36,959 bases of DNA, taken from positions 1-36,959 of IMG/VR virus record IMGVR_UViG_3300045132_000109, one strand, 5' to 3'. Of the stretch, positions 8,309 to 17,894 are shown piece by piece. A model generated the notes under the pieces. That model did not search any database, was not told the DNA's origin, and was given only the letters and a program-made list of their open reading frames with translations. Made by a program: the position numbers and the translations under genes. The number at the start of each line of letters is the position of its first letter. Within the stretch, counting starts at the first letter, position 1. The stretch comes from a virus (taxonomy: Duplodnaviria; Caudoviricetes).

Positions 8309-8379
8309 CCAGCCCCACCAAGGCTAGCCACCACCACGGTTAGTGCGCAGCGCGCACTAGCGAGAGGAGACATGACCCT

Positions 8380-8583
8380 ATGGCTAATCACGCCAGCAAT
8401 AACGCGCACCCATACGCCACGGCGTTTACGCGCACCGGCAAACACAACATGCTCAACCGCAAGCCGTACCGCACGGCAAGCCAGAAGGCGCGGGCGCGAG
8501 CCACTGCCCGCCTTGTTGATGGGCGATATGTGTCCAGCGCGCCCGTTTCGTACCATGCCGCGCCGCGCAGGAGGGAGGGATGA
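8380..8583 (+). CDS. Basic hypothetical protein
   Basis: GAGGAG RBS; coupled to the next gene. Confidence 0.55.
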   Translation: MANHASNNAHPYATAFTRTGKHNMLNRKPYRTASQKARARATARLVDGRYVSSAPVSYHAAPRRREG

Positions 8584-8777
8584 GCAAGACCAAGATTGAC
8601 CTGCCGCTCGGCTGCTTCCTGCCGTTCCTAGCGCTCATGCTGTCTACAATCCCGGCGTGGCTGACGCATATCTACGTGTGCTTCACGACGGAGGCGTGGG
8701 GCTTTCTGATCGCAGGCGCAATCTTCGCGCCCGTCGCCGTGGTTCACGGCTGGGGCATTTGGTTGGGGGCGTGGTGA
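8580..8777 (+). CDS. Small membrane protein
   Basis: Two hydrophobic segments; GGAGGG RBS. Confidence 0.7.
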   Translation: MSKTKIDLPLGCFLPFLALMLSTIPAWLTHIYVCFTTEAWGFLIAGAIFAPVAVVHGWGIWLGAW

Positions 8778-8977
8778 TGAATGTCCACGTCAAACCTCCA
8801 GCGTCCCCATGGTCCAACTACCCACCCGACTACGCCACCAACGACGTACCTCCGGAGGAAGATCACGACGAGCCGTACAGCAGCGGCTTGTGGGCGGGTG
8901 TCGCGCTAACTGGCGCGTTCGTCGTGCTGGTGCTGGCGGCGTTTGCAATCAAGGAGATGATGACATGGGTGATTTGA
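8777..8977 (+). CDS. Small membrane protein
   Basis: C-terminal TM helix; TGATG coupling. Confidence 0.6.
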   Translation: MNVHVKPPASPWSNYPPDYATNDVPPEEDHDEPYSSGLWAGVALTGAFVVLVLAAFAIKEMMTWVI

Positions 8978-9180
8978 ACAGCGGTGTGGCAGGCTTGACC
9001 GCCGAAGAACGCGAGTTCCGGGACGATGCGGCGTTGGCGGCTTTGTCTGGATTGTTGGCCGGTAGGGATACGGGCAAGACCGCACCGTCGCCGGAAACCT
9101 ACGCCGTAGCGTCTTACGCGGTCGCCGACGCCATGCTCGCCGCTCGCGTTGCTACCAGTGGCAGCGGTAGCAACCAATGA
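8965..9180 (+). CDS. Phage hypothetical protein
   Basis: RDDAALAALSGLLA...SYAVADAMLAAR motif; AAGGAG RBS. Confidence 0.7.
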   Translation: MGDLNSGVAGLTAEEREFRDDAALAALSGLLAGRDTGKTAPSPETYAVASYAVADAMLAARVATSGSGSNQ

Positions 9181-9266
9181 CCGCGCCCGACGATCCAGAC
9201 ATCAACCTCATCATGTTCGCGACGCTGTTGCTCGTCGTCTGCATGATGGTGGCCCTAGGAGGGTAA
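9177..9266 (+). CDS. 29-aa TM peptide
   Basis: MTAPDDPDINLIMFATLLLVVCMMVALGG; ATGA overlap. Confidence 0.45.
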   Translation: MTAPDDPDINLIMFATLLLVVCMMVALGG

Positions 9267-9269
9267 ACA

Positions 9270-9449
9270 ATGACAGCACTAGCAATCGGCGCACCGCAGA
9301 TCATCTGGATTTCGCTTGCCGCAATGGGCGTGGGCATCTCCATCGTCAAGCATGGCGAGCCACGCAGCCCGCATAGCATGTGGGCGTCCATCATCGGCAC
9401 GCCGCTGGCAGTCGCGCTTCTTTACTGGGGCGGCTTCTTCACCGCCTAA
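9270..9449 (+). CDS. 59-aa two-TM protein
   Basis: AGGAGG RBS; PQIIWISL...KHGEPR...LLYWGGFF. Confidence 0.65.
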   Translation: MTALAIGAPQIIWISLAAMGVGISIVKHGEPRSPHSMWASIIGTPLAVALLYWGGFFTA

Positions 9450-9488
9450 CCGGCCTACCAAGCCGGCACCACAACAAGAGGAGATACT

Positions 9489-10265
9489 ATGGCTATCAGC
9501 CTTAGCAGCCTGAAATCCACCAAGCGAAACGACCCGCCCGTTATGCTTTTGTATGGCGTGGACGGCATAGGCAAGACCAGCCTTGCCGCCGAGTTCCCGA
9601 ACCCGATCTATCTCGGCACGGAAGGCGAGCGCCCACCGTCCGACATTGAACTTGCCACGCCGGGCGTCATCACCGATCTGAACGACGTTTTCGGCGTGTT
9701 CGAGGAACTGCTAACCACGGAACACGGGTTTCAGACCGTCATCATTGACTCGCTAGACGGGCTGGAGCCGCTGGTTTGGCGGGCGACGTGCGCCAGGCTC
9801 GGCGTCAACAGCATTGAAGAACCGGGATACGGTCGCGGGTACATCGAGGCCGATGCCGAGTGGTCGGAATACCTGTCGGCGGTTGGCGCGCTGGCCGTGG
9901 CGGGTATCAACGTCGTGCAGCTGGCCCATCCGGAAATCGTGCGGTTCGACTCGCCAACCAGCGACCCATACAGCCGCTACACCGTCAAACTGAACAAGCG
10001 CGCCAATGCGCTCGTCCGCGAGCGGGCCGATATTGTCGGCTTTCTCAACTACCGCATTTCGCTGAAGGAAAAGGAGGTCGGCCACAAGAAGACCGTCACC
10101 CATGCCGAGGGGGGCAAGGAGCGGCAGATCCACCTGAATGAAGGCGCCGGCTTCGTGGCGAAGAATCGCTTTTCCATGCCGGACACGGTCACTTACCGCA
10201 AGGGCAAGGGGTACGAGGAGCTTTCCAAATACTGGCTGCCGGCGGAAGCGAAGGAGGCGGCGTGA
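9489..10265 (+). CDS. Sak4-like AAA_24 ATPase (ssDNA annealing/recombinase)
   Basis: Walker A YGVDGIGKTS, Walker B VIIDSLD, GYGRGY, AKNR. Confidence 0.85.
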   Translation: MAISLSSLKSTKRNDPPVMLLYGVDGIGKTSLAAEFPNPIYLGTEGERPPSDIELATPGVITDLNDVFGVFEELLTTEHGFQTVIIDSLDGLEPLVWRATCARLGVNSIEEPGYGRGYIEADAEWSEYLSAVGALAVAGINVVQLAHPEIVRFDSPTSDPYSRYTVKLNKRANALVRERADIVGFLNYRISLKEKEVGHKKTVTHAEGGKERQIHLNEGAGFVAKNRFSMPDTVTYRKGKGYEELSKYWLPAEAKEAA

Positions 10266-10597
10266 TGGGCTGGTTCAAGCCGAGTCCTATGACGCTGGAA
10301 TACGGCGAGCCCGCACACCAGATGGTCGCCCGCGCGTTTCTCCACAACGCAATCCGCTTCGGTGGCGACATCCTAGTCGACGCCAAATATCACTTCGTCG
10401 GCCCGCACGGCATTGAATATCGCGGGACTGATGAAATTTGGAAGCGCAACACCAAGACAGTTGCGCAGGGCGTCGCGCAACTGTGCGAGGAAATCCAACA
10501 GGATTTCAATGAGCGTATCGCGGCAATGTCCAAGGCTCGCGAGTACGCCCGCGATCAGTTGGCCGTACCGCCACTGTTCGCGTCTGCCGCCGACTAA
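10262..10597 (+). CDS. Hypothetical protein
   Basis: Coupled to the ATPase; AAGGAGG RBS. Confidence 0.7.
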   Translation: MMGWFKPSPMTLEYGEPAHQMVARAFLHNAIRFGGDILVDAKYHFVGPHGIEYRGTDEIWKRNTKTVAQGVAQLCEEIQQDFNERIAAMSKAREYARDQLAVPPLFASAAD

Positions 10598-10649
10598 CCC
10601 ACCACCCGCGCTGCACCAGCAGCACCACCACCACAGCAGGAGATGACTA

Positions 10650-11246
10650 ATGGCCAAACTGGCTACCCGATTCAATGCGCAGGACCATGATACCGAGCAG
10701 CGCGATTACGAAGAACTCCCGAACGGCACTTACGAACTTGAAGTCGAGGCGTCCGACGTCACGCCCACCAAGGACGGACGCGGCACCATCCTGAAAACCA
10801 CGATGGTCGTGCTGCGGCCCGAGGAATACGAAAAGCGCAAGCTGTTCAACAATTTCAACCTCGAAAACCCGAACGTCCAAGCGCAGGAGATCGGTCAGCG
10901 GCAGTTCGCCAGCCTGTGCCGCGCCATCGGCGTGCAGGAAGTGGAAGACAGCGAGGAGCTGCACTTTAAAGCGTTCACCGCCAAGATCGGCTTGGGGCGC
11001 CCAAGCAAGGACGGGCAGTATCCGGCCCGTGCCGAGATTAAGAAGTATTTCTTCCCGGATCAGGGCGACGTGCCGGAGCCCGCAATCGACGCTGATCAGC
11101 CCAAGGCTGCCAACGACAACCGCCCTGCTGCGCGGCAGGCCGCAAACAGCAATAGCCGCGCGACCCCGGCGCGCGCTGCTGCTGGCGGTAAGTCTCGCCC
11201 ATGGGGGCAGAGAAGCAACACGGTCGACGACGACATTCCGTTCTGA
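10650..11246 (+). CDS. ssb: Single-stranded DNA-binding protein (DUF669-like)
   Basis: Follows the Sak4-like gene; LPNGTYELEV N-terminus; acidic DDDIPF tail. Confidence 0.8.
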   Translation: MAKLATRFNAQDHDTEQRDYEELPNGTYELEVEASDVTPTKDGRGTILKTTMVVLRPEEYEKRKLFNNFNLENPNVQAQEIGQRQFASLCRAIGVQEVEDSEELHFKAFTAKIGLGRPSKDGQYPARAEIKKYFFPDQGDVPEPAIDADQPKAANDNRPAARQAANSNSRATPARAAAGGKSRPWGQRSNTVDDDIPF

Positions 11247-11305
11247 CGCCATCCAAGGGCCGTCGTTACCGCGGCGGCCCACTTCCGCCACAAGAGGAGA
11301 TAACC

Positions 11306-11722
11306 ATGAAGAAGCTTTTGCTCGCCGCCATGCTCGCGGTCACCGCAGCAGTTGCGGGCTGTTTCAGCGATGCAACGGTCGCCACTGAGAATATCAAACG
11401 CGCCGCCGACAACTTTGAGATTACGCGGCGCGTAGTTTTCTACAACGGCATCACGGATAGCTACATGCTGTCGGTGGAAGGCCGCTGTTCGATGGACCTC
11501 AACTCCAGCGGCACGGCGTTCAACGTCATCTGCAAGACCGGCCCAAGCGACTACAAGCGCCACACGCTGGTGCTGTCCGACAATACCAGCGCCTTCGTGG
11601 AGCAGTTGGAAAGCGCGAATGTCAGCGCCTACCACTACCGCGTGATCTTCAAGCCGCAAACCATCCTGCCGGACATCGACTTCCGGGGCGGCGCTGGCGA
11701 ACTGACGACGAACCGCAACTAA
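11306..11722 (+). CDS. Phage lipoprotein
   Basis: Signal peptide with lipobox VAGC; ADNFEITRRVVFYNGITD conserved-looking block. Confidence 0.75.
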   Translation: MKKLLLAAMLAVTAAVAGCFSDATVATENIKRAADNFEITRRVVFYNGITDSYMLSVEGRCSMDLNSSGTAFNVICKTGPSDYKRHTLVLSDNTSAFVEQLESANVSAYHYRVIFKPQTILPDIDFRGGAGELTTNRN

Positions 11723-11776
11723 CACACCAACGGCGGCTGGTTGCTACCCGCAACTGGCCGCCAGTCGGAGGATGAT

Positions 11777-11950
11777 ATGGACGAAAGAAAGGACGTGTGG
11801 CTGCTCGACGTTAAGCGCGAGTCCACGCTGAAAGTTGTGTTCGGGGAGCCGCTTACGAAAGCGGAAGCTATCGCGGCATTCGACGCTGACGAGCATGAAG
11901 ACGTTCTCGATGAAGAAGACTTCGGCACCGAGGTAGTCGGCGCTCGCTAA
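11777..11950 (+). CDS. Small acidic protein
   Basis: GGAGG RBS; start MDERKD at 11777. Confidence 0.6.
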   Translation: MDERKDVWLLDVKRESTLKVVFGEPLTKAEAIAAFDADEHEDVLDEEDFGTEVVGAR

Positions 11951-12033
11951 CACCACCAGCTGCCCCTTGTTGCCCCGCAACATCGGGCAGCCACCGCCCC
12001 ACCAAGGCGACCACCACATAGAGGAGACACACC

Positions 12034-13086
12034 ATGCGCCTATCCTTGCCCCGCCAAGACCTGACGCGGCTGCTGACCGCCGTGACCAAGGTTGTCGAAG
12101 CACGCTCAACGATTCCAATTCTCGGCAACGTGCTGCTGTCCGTCCAAGACGGCCAGTTTAGCGCCCGCGCGACCGACCTCGATATTGAAGTGTCCACCAG
12201 CATTCCCGTACTCGACGCCACGAACGGCAGCACGACCGTCAACGCCAAGCTGCTGGCCGACATTGCCAAGCGTGCGGCGGGCGACGTTTCGCTAGAGCTT
12301 GCGGACGGCACCCTGACGGTGAAATCTGGCCGCTCCCGCTTCAAACTGGCCACGCTGCCCGTCGAGGACTTTCCGTCGTTTTCCGCTGGCGACTTCACCG
12401 CCAGCTTTGACGTCGATCTGGCGGCGCTGGTTGCACCGTGCGCGTTCGCGATCAGCACAGAGGAAACCCGCTATTATCTCAATGGCGTCTATTTCCACAC
12501 CGCCGAAGGCCGGCTTGCGGCGGTTGCGACGGATGGCCATCGGCTTAGCCGTCACTATGGAGACCCGCTCGACCATTTCGACGGCGTCATCCTCCCACGC
12601 AAGCTGGTCAGCATCCTGCCGAAAGGCAACGTCCACGTGTCATTGTCGACCACAAAGGTCCGCATCGCCACACAAGACACCGTAATCACCTCCAAACTGA
12701 TCGACGGCACGTTCCCCGACTATCAGCGCGTTATCCCCACCGCCAACGACAAGATCGTGCTGGCTTCCATTGCCGACCTTCGCAGCGCAGTCGAGCGCGT
12801 GTCGACCGTCGCCACAGAGCGCGGGCGTGCGGTCAAACTGGACATTGCGCCGGGTCAAATCGGGCTGTCTGTGCGCGGCGACGCCGAGGCAACTGACGTG
12901 GTGGAGGCTGACTACAGCGGTGAGCCGATAGAAATTGGCTTTAACGCGGCTTACATCAGCGAACTGCTGGCGAACCTGGCCGGCGACACTGTGCGGATTG
13001 CGCTGAACGATGGTGGCTCGCCCACGATATTTACGGGCGGGGATGACGGGGTGTTGGTAGTGTTGATGCCCATGCGGGTCTCGTGA
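12034..13086 (+). CDS. dnaN: DNA polymerase III beta sliding clamp (phage-encoded)
   Basis: TIPILGNVLL, ATDLDI, STEETRYYLNGVYF, VATDGHRL, SKLIDGTFPDYQRVIP, IGFNAAY, LMPMRV. Confidence 0.95.
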   Translation: MRLSLPRQDLTRLLTAVTKVVEARSTIPILGNVLLSVQDGQFSARATDLDIEVSTSIPVLDATNGSTTVNAKLLADIAKRAAGDVSLELADGTLTVKSGRSRFKLATLPVEDFPSFSAGDFTASFDVDLAALVAPCAFAISTEETRYYLNGVYFHTAEGRLAAVATDGHRLSRHYGDPLDHFDGVILPRKLVSILPKGNVHVSLSTTKVRIATQDTVITSKLIDGTFPDYQRVIPTANDKIVLASIADLRSAVERVSTVATERGRAVKLDIAPGQIGLSVRGDAEATDVVEADYSGEPIEIGFNAAYISELLANLAGDTVRIALNDGGSPTIFTGGDDGVLVVLMPMRVS

Positions 13087-13352
13087 TGGCGTGGCCACCC
13101 GAAGACGGCAAGCCGTACACGCCGAGCAACAGCACCGAGTTCGATTTCTTCTACGGTCGTTGGTGCGCACGTTGCACCAACGACGACCCTGACGGTGATA
13201 GTTGCGACATCATCGGCAAGTCGATGTTCGGCGAACAGCCCACAGAGTGGACGTGGAAGTCTCGCGCGCCCCATTGCTCGGAATTCCACTCTTTCGATGA
13301 CATGCAGCCACTCCCAGAACCGCGCTGCCCTGAAACGATGGAGATGTTTTGA
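13083..13352 (+). CDS. Cys-rich hypothetical protein
   Basis: PSNSTEF...WCARC...CDII...PHCSEF; coupled to neighbours. Confidence 0.7.
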   Translation: MMAWPPEDGKPYTPSNSTEFDFFYGRWCARCTNDDPDGDSCDIIGKSMFGEQPTEWTWKSRAPHCSEFHSFDDMQPLPEPRCPETMEMF

Positions 13353-13621
13353 TGCGCTTCGATGGACATCGTTACGTTGACTGCCGTTGGTGCGGCGGTC
13401 GTGGCTGCCTCCAGTGCGAGGGGGAGTTTAACAAGGCATACGAGCGCGCGTTCCCCGATGGGCCGAAGCCGATTGCGACGTTCAAACTGGATACGCCGGA
13501 GGGCACGGAGCGCGCCCGCCGCGCCATCGGGGTCGAGGCTTTGCAGAAAGCGTTCGGCCCCGACGGAGGAGGCATGTCGGAGTTCATGGCTAACTTGGAG
13601 CGCGATGGGGCGGGGCAGTAA
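13352..13621 (+). CDS. Zn-finger hypothetical protein
   Basis: CRWCGGRGCLQC. Confidence 0.7.
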   Translation: MRFDGHRYVDCRWCGGRGCLQCEGEFNKAYERAFPDGPKPIATFKLDTPEGTERARRAIGVEALQKAFGPDGGGMSEFMANLERDGAGQ

Positions 13622-14553
13622 TGGCCCCAATTCCGAAGCCCCGAGCCTCCACCGTCGCCGCCATTTACCGCGCTTACGAGGAGGCCAACGAGCATTATGA
13701 CAGCCTCGGCATAAGCGTCGGTCTGGCGGCGACTGAATGCGACCGCAGCTTGTGGTACACATTCAGATGGGCATCCCACCAGAAGCCCATTCCGGGGCGC
13801 AACCTGTCGATCTTCCGTACAGGCGACGTGTGGGAGGATCGGCTTGTCGCGGACCTCGAACGCATCGGCGTCGAAGTCTACGGCCAGCAGGACCGCATCC
13901 GGCTTGTGGGCGGGCACGTTCGCGGCAAGTGCGACGGCAAGGGAATCGGAGTGCCGGAGGCTCCGAAGACCGAACACCTGTTTGAGTTCAAGTCCTCCAA
14001 CGACAAGGGCTTCAAGGAGATCACCAAGCACGGCTGCGCCAAGACTCGCCCGCTGCATTTCGGGCAAGTGCAGTTGGGTATGCACCAATTCGGGCTGACC
14101 CGCGCGGGCTACCTGGTCGTGAATAAAAACGACGACGAACGGTATTTCGAGCGCATCGAATACGACGCGGAATGGTGCATCCGGCTACTAGCGAGGCTGG
14201 AGCGCATTATCAACGCGCCGGAGCCGCCTAGTCGCATTTCGGACAACCCGGAGTTCTTCGGCTGCCGCTTTTGCGACCATCGCGAGATTTGCCAAGAGGA
14301 CGGCTGGTCGCGCGTGTCGTGCCGATCGTGCCTGCATAGCACACCGGAAATGCACGGTGATGCGCACTGGTCTTGCGCCCGCTGGGCCAAGCCGTTGAGT
14401 GTCGATGAGCAGAAGGCCGCTTGTCCTGCGCATCTGCATATCCCGGCATTGGTTCCGGGGGAGTTGGTGGATTCGGATGAGGATGCGGAGACGGTGGCCT
14501 ATACGCTGCGCAGCGGCAAGACGTGGGTGGATGGAGACGGGGATGCGGCTTAG
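13621..14553 (+). CDS. Cas4-like PD-(D/E)XK exonuclease
   Basis: ECDRSLWYTFRW, GKCDG, FEFKS, QVQLGM, CRFC...C Fe-S-type cysteines. Confidence 0.85.
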   Translation: MAPIPKPRASTVAAIYRAYEEANEHYDSLGISVGLAATECDRSLWYTFRWASHQKPIPGRNLSIFRTGDVWEDRLVADLERIGVEVYGQQDRIRLVGGHVRGKCDGKGIGVPEAPKTEHLFEFKSSNDKGFKEITKHGCAKTRPLHFGQVQLGMHQFGLTRAGYLVVNKNDDERYFERIEYDAEWCIRLLARLERIINAPEPPSRISDNPEFFGCRFCDHREICQEDGWSRVSCRSCLHSTPEMHGDAHWSCARWAKPLSVDEQKAACPAHLHIPALVPGELVDSDEDAETVAYTLRSGKTWVDGDGDAA

Positions 14554-14556
14554 GAG

Positions 14557-15183
14557 CTACACCAAGTCGGGCATGAACTGGCGGAGGAAATCCTTTCGTT
14601 CGTTTATAGCTTTCGCTAGATCACGGGCGGCACGCGCCTTGTCATCCCCCATCAATGGATGGCCTTCAATTACCCAATCTAATAGCCCTCGATTCCCACC
14701 ATCTTCGGGGTACTTCGTGCCGTCGTTAACAACCGAACTAAGGACGTGGAAGGCATCGATGATATGTGGGCTTTTTGATTTGGCCACAGCCTCGATATCG
14801 TTGGCGGAAATCTTACGACGGCCGGAGCCAAGGATAAAATCGTACAATCCACCGTGCCGGTAGGAGTTGGCGATTTCCGTCGCGACCTGAAGTCCTTCGA
14901 GTTCATCCCGGAAATTCAACTTCATGGTAGCGGCGTGCTGGCGCCGAGACTCGTTGACTTGGCCCACCGCTACCGCGACAGCAAATATTACGAATCCGCT
15001 TCCGATTAGGGTCTGATACCGCTCAATCCAATAGTCATAAGCGCCATGAGGCGCCTCAATGTTTTCGTTGGGCTTGGTCCCCCATATTGAACCAAGAACT
15101 GAAGCGAGGATGAACGTGTAGATCACTAGCGCCATAGTAACCACTGCGCTCGATCGTTCACCACTCATCGGAAATAATTTCAC
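14557..15183 (-). CDS. Membrane-anchored moron protein
   Basis: Antisense to the operon, AT-richer, two TM segments; GTG start with GGAGGG RBS. Confidence 0.7.
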   Translation of the reverse strand: MKLFPMSGERSSAVVTMALVIYTFILASVLGSIWGTKPNENIEAPHGAYDYWIERYQTLIGSGFVIFAVAVAVGQVNESRRQHAATMKLNFRDELEGLQVATEIANSYRHGGLYDFILGSGRRKISANDIEAVAKSKSPHIIDAFHVLSSVVNDGTKYPEDGGNRGLLDWVIEGHPLMGDDKARAARDLAKAINERKDFLRQFMPDLV

Positions 15184-15196
15184 GGAGCCCCCTCCA

Positions 15197-16855
15197 ATGC
15201 TAAAACTGCGCCCGTACCAACGACAAGCCGTAGACCAGCTTTACGCCTACTGGCAAGACAAAGCCGGTTCGCCGTTGCTGGTCCTGCCGACCGGTGCTGG
15301 CAAGTCGCTGGTGCTGGCCACGGTATGCAAAGAGCTTATCGAAAACTACCCGGACATGCGCATCCTGATCGTGACGCATGTGCGCGAGCTGATCCTGTCC
15401 AACTTTGGCGAACTGCTGAACATCTGGCCGTTCGCGCCGGCAGGCATCTTCAGTGCCGGCGTTGGCAGGCGGGACGCCCATGCGCAAATCATCTTTGGCG
15501 GCGTCCAGACCATCGCGAGCAAGACAGACCTGATCGGGCATATCGACCTTGTGATGGTCGACGAGGCACACCTGATGCCGCGGAAATCGGAGACCCAATA
15601 CGGCAAGCTGCTGGACGGTCTGCGCGCGATCAATCCTGACCTGAAGCTGGCTGGGCTCACCGCGACGCCATATCGACTAGGTGAGGGCAGCCTACATGAA
15701 GGCGAGGGCGCACTGTTCGATGACATTGCCTATGACCTGCCGATTTCGGATCTGATCGATAGCGGGTTTCTGGTGCGACCTATCAGCAAAGGCATGGCCA
15801 CCACCTATGACGTGTCCGGCGTTGGCAAGCTGGGCGGCGACTATAAGCAAAACGCGCTACAGGCAGCCGTTGACCATGACGACCTGACGCGCGCCGTGGT
15901 GGACGAAATTGTTGCTTATGGGCAGGACAGGCGCGCATGGCTGGCCTTCTGCTCCGGCGTCGACCACGCCTTCCATATGCGCGATGAAATCCGCGGTCGC
16001 GGGTTCACCTGCGAAACCATCACAGGCGAAACGCCTGCCAGTGAGCGCGACCGTATTCTAGAGGACTTCAAGGCAGGACGACTGCGGGCTCTGACAAACA
16101 ATTCAGTTCTGACCACCGGGACGAATCTGCCGATCATTGATCTGGTGGCGTTCTGCCGGCCGACTCAGTCAGCGGGACTTTATGTCCAGATGGCGGGACG
16201 GGGACTGCGGCTCTATCCGGGCAAGCAGGACTGCTTATTTCTCGACTTCGCTGGCATCGTACGTAAGCACGGGCCGATCGATGCGGTCACACCACCAGCC
16301 ATGCGCGCCGGCACGGGCGAAGCGCCGGTCAAGCAGTGCCCGCAGGACATGGGTGGATGCAGGTCGCTGGTACATGCCAGCGCGCGAGAGTGCCCGGATT
16401 GCGGCTACGAGTTCCCGATTGACGACACGCCGAAAATCCAAAAGCAGGCCGACGATGTTCCGATGCTTTCCAAGGGCGAAGCCACATGGCGGCCCATCAC
16501 CCGCCGCAGATTCGCGTTCCACGAAGGAAAAGGAAATAAGCCGCCGTCCGTCAAGGTGACCTACGCACAAAGCCTGACAACCTTCAATGAATGGCTTTGC
16601 TTTGAACACAGCGGCTACGCGCAATCCAGGGCACACCGCTGGTGGTCACAGCACGGCGGGAAGCGGCCGTTTCCTAAGACGGTGCTGGAAGCGCTGGAGC
16701 GGCAGAACGAGTTGAAGGAAACGGCCGAGATTTCGGTAAGGCCCGACGGGCGTTACTGGTCCGTCGTGGGGCACCGCGTTGCCGACAACGACAATGTGCC
16801 CTCGGGAGAGAATGACAACTACGCCGAACTTCTGGACGACAGCATACCTTTCTAG
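15197..16855 (+). CDS. SF2 DEAH helicase (RadD/YejH-like) with Zn ribbon
   Basis: LRPYQ, PTGAGKS, VDEAH, GLTATP, QMAGRGLR, CPDCG. Confidence 0.92.
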   Translation: MLKLRPYQRQAVDQLYAYWQDKAGSPLLVLPTGAGKSLVLATVCKELIENYPDMRILIVTHVRELILSNFGELLNIWPFAPAGIFSAGVGRRDAHAQIIFGGVQTIASKTDLIGHIDLVMVDEAHLMPRKSETQYGKLLDGLRAINPDLKLAGLTATPYRLGEGSLHEGEGALFDDIAYDLPISDLIDSGFLVRPISKGMATTYDVSGVGKLGGDYKQNALQAAVDHDDLTRAVVDEIVAYGQDRRAWLAFCSGVDHAFHMRDEIRGRGFTCETITGETPASERDRILEDFKAGRLRALTNNSVLTTGTNLPIIDLVAFCRPTQSAGLYVQMAGRGLRLYPGKQDCLFLDFAGIVRKHGPIDAVTPPAMRAGTGEAPVKQCPQDMGGCRSLVHASARECPDCGYEFPIDDTPKIQKQADDVPMLSKGEATWRPITRRRFAFHEGKGNKPPSVKVTYAQSLTTFNEWLCFEHSGYAQSRAHRWWSQHGGKRPFPKTVLEALERQNELKETAEISVRPDGRYWSVVGHRVADNDNVPSGENDNYAELLDDSIPF

Positions 16856-16918
16856 GGCCGACCAACTGGCCACACCGCCGGGCAACCAACCCGGATAACC
16901 ACGAAGAGGAGATGAAGC

Positions 16919-17314
16919 ATGACGACAGCAAGCGCACTATTCCCTGCGCAGTACGTTTCCAAGACGGCGTCCGAGCGCATCAAGTGCGTTGAGCGGCAAC
17001 GTTCTGAGGCGCGCGAAGAGCGCATTAAGAAGATAATGGAAACGCCAATAATCAGCGGTTTCCTATGGTGTAGAAAGGAGCGATTGCCGTCGCGAGAGAA
17101 GGCGGAGGCCATCTACGTGACTCCGATACATTACTTTTCGCCCAAGCAGCATGTGGAGCGCGACCACAACTTCACTCTCAGCAAGTTGCGTCCGCTTCTT
17201 CGGCTTTCGCGGGCGGCGGAAGAAGCCAATCCAACGGCGGCAACATTTGTTTCGCTAACCGCAGCAGACTGCCGCGTCCTTGACATTCCGTCCAACTTGG
17301 GAGTCTCGGCATGA
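16919..17314 (+). CDS. Hypothetical protein
   Basis: GAGGAG RBS; coupled to the next gene. Confidence 0.7.
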   Translation: MTTASALFPAQYVSKTASERIKCVERQRSEAREERIKKIMETPIISGFLWCRKERLPSREKAEAIYVTPIHYFSPKQHVERDHNFTLSKLRPLLRLSRAAEEANPTAATFVSLTAADCRVLDIPSNLGVSA

Positions 17315-17823
17315 CAAACCAAAACTACCTCGCCTACGACGTCACCGTCCTCGAACGCGAGTTCGCGGACCTGCTGGCCGCGTATCCCGAGCTAGCCGAA
17401 GACGAAGAACTGCGCGCCGATACCATCGAAGGCGAAACCGACGCGCATCGCATCCTTGCCCGCATCGTTGCTGTAGAGCGGGATGCCGACAGCATGGCGA
17501 AAGCAATAGCGGATCGCGCACGCGATCTTGCCGGCAGAAGGGCCCGCCACGAGCGCAAGAAGGAGGCGATGCGAGTACTGCTGCTGCGCCTGCTGAAAGC
17601 CGCTGGGCTGCCCAAGGTTGCACTGCCAGAGGCTACAGTGTCCGTCAGCAAGGGTAGGGACAGTGTGGAGATTGTGGACGCGGATGCGTTGCCTGCCGAG
17701 TTGGTGCGTGTTGAGCGTATTCCGGACAAAAAAGCCATTCTGGATGTCGTGAAGGGCTGCGGCGAGATACCCGGCGCGCGGCTTGTTACAGGCGGTGAGA
17801 CGCTGACCGTCCGCGCAGCATAG
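17311..17823 (+). CDS. Siphovirus Gp157 family protein
   Basis: DTIEGET, coiled coil, PDKKAI...IPGARL C-terminus. Confidence 0.85.
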   Translation: MTNQNYLAYDVTVLEREFADLLAAYPELAEDEELRADTIEGETDAHRILARIVAVERDADSMAKAIADRARDLAGRRARHERKKEAMRVLLLRLLKAAGLPKVALPEATVSVSKGRDSVEIVDADALPAELVRVERIPDKKAILDVVKGCGEIPGARLVTGGETLTVRAA

Positions 17824-17894
17824 CACCCGCCTAGTTGTGCCCCGCACAACCACCATACACGGCTACCAACCATGCACCACAATGAGGAGATGAT

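Noticed and set aside
13621-14553. Cas4-like gene as evidence of CRISPR-Cas
   Set aside because: No repeat-spacer array or other cas genes; it sits in a standard Sak4/SSB/helicase recombination module
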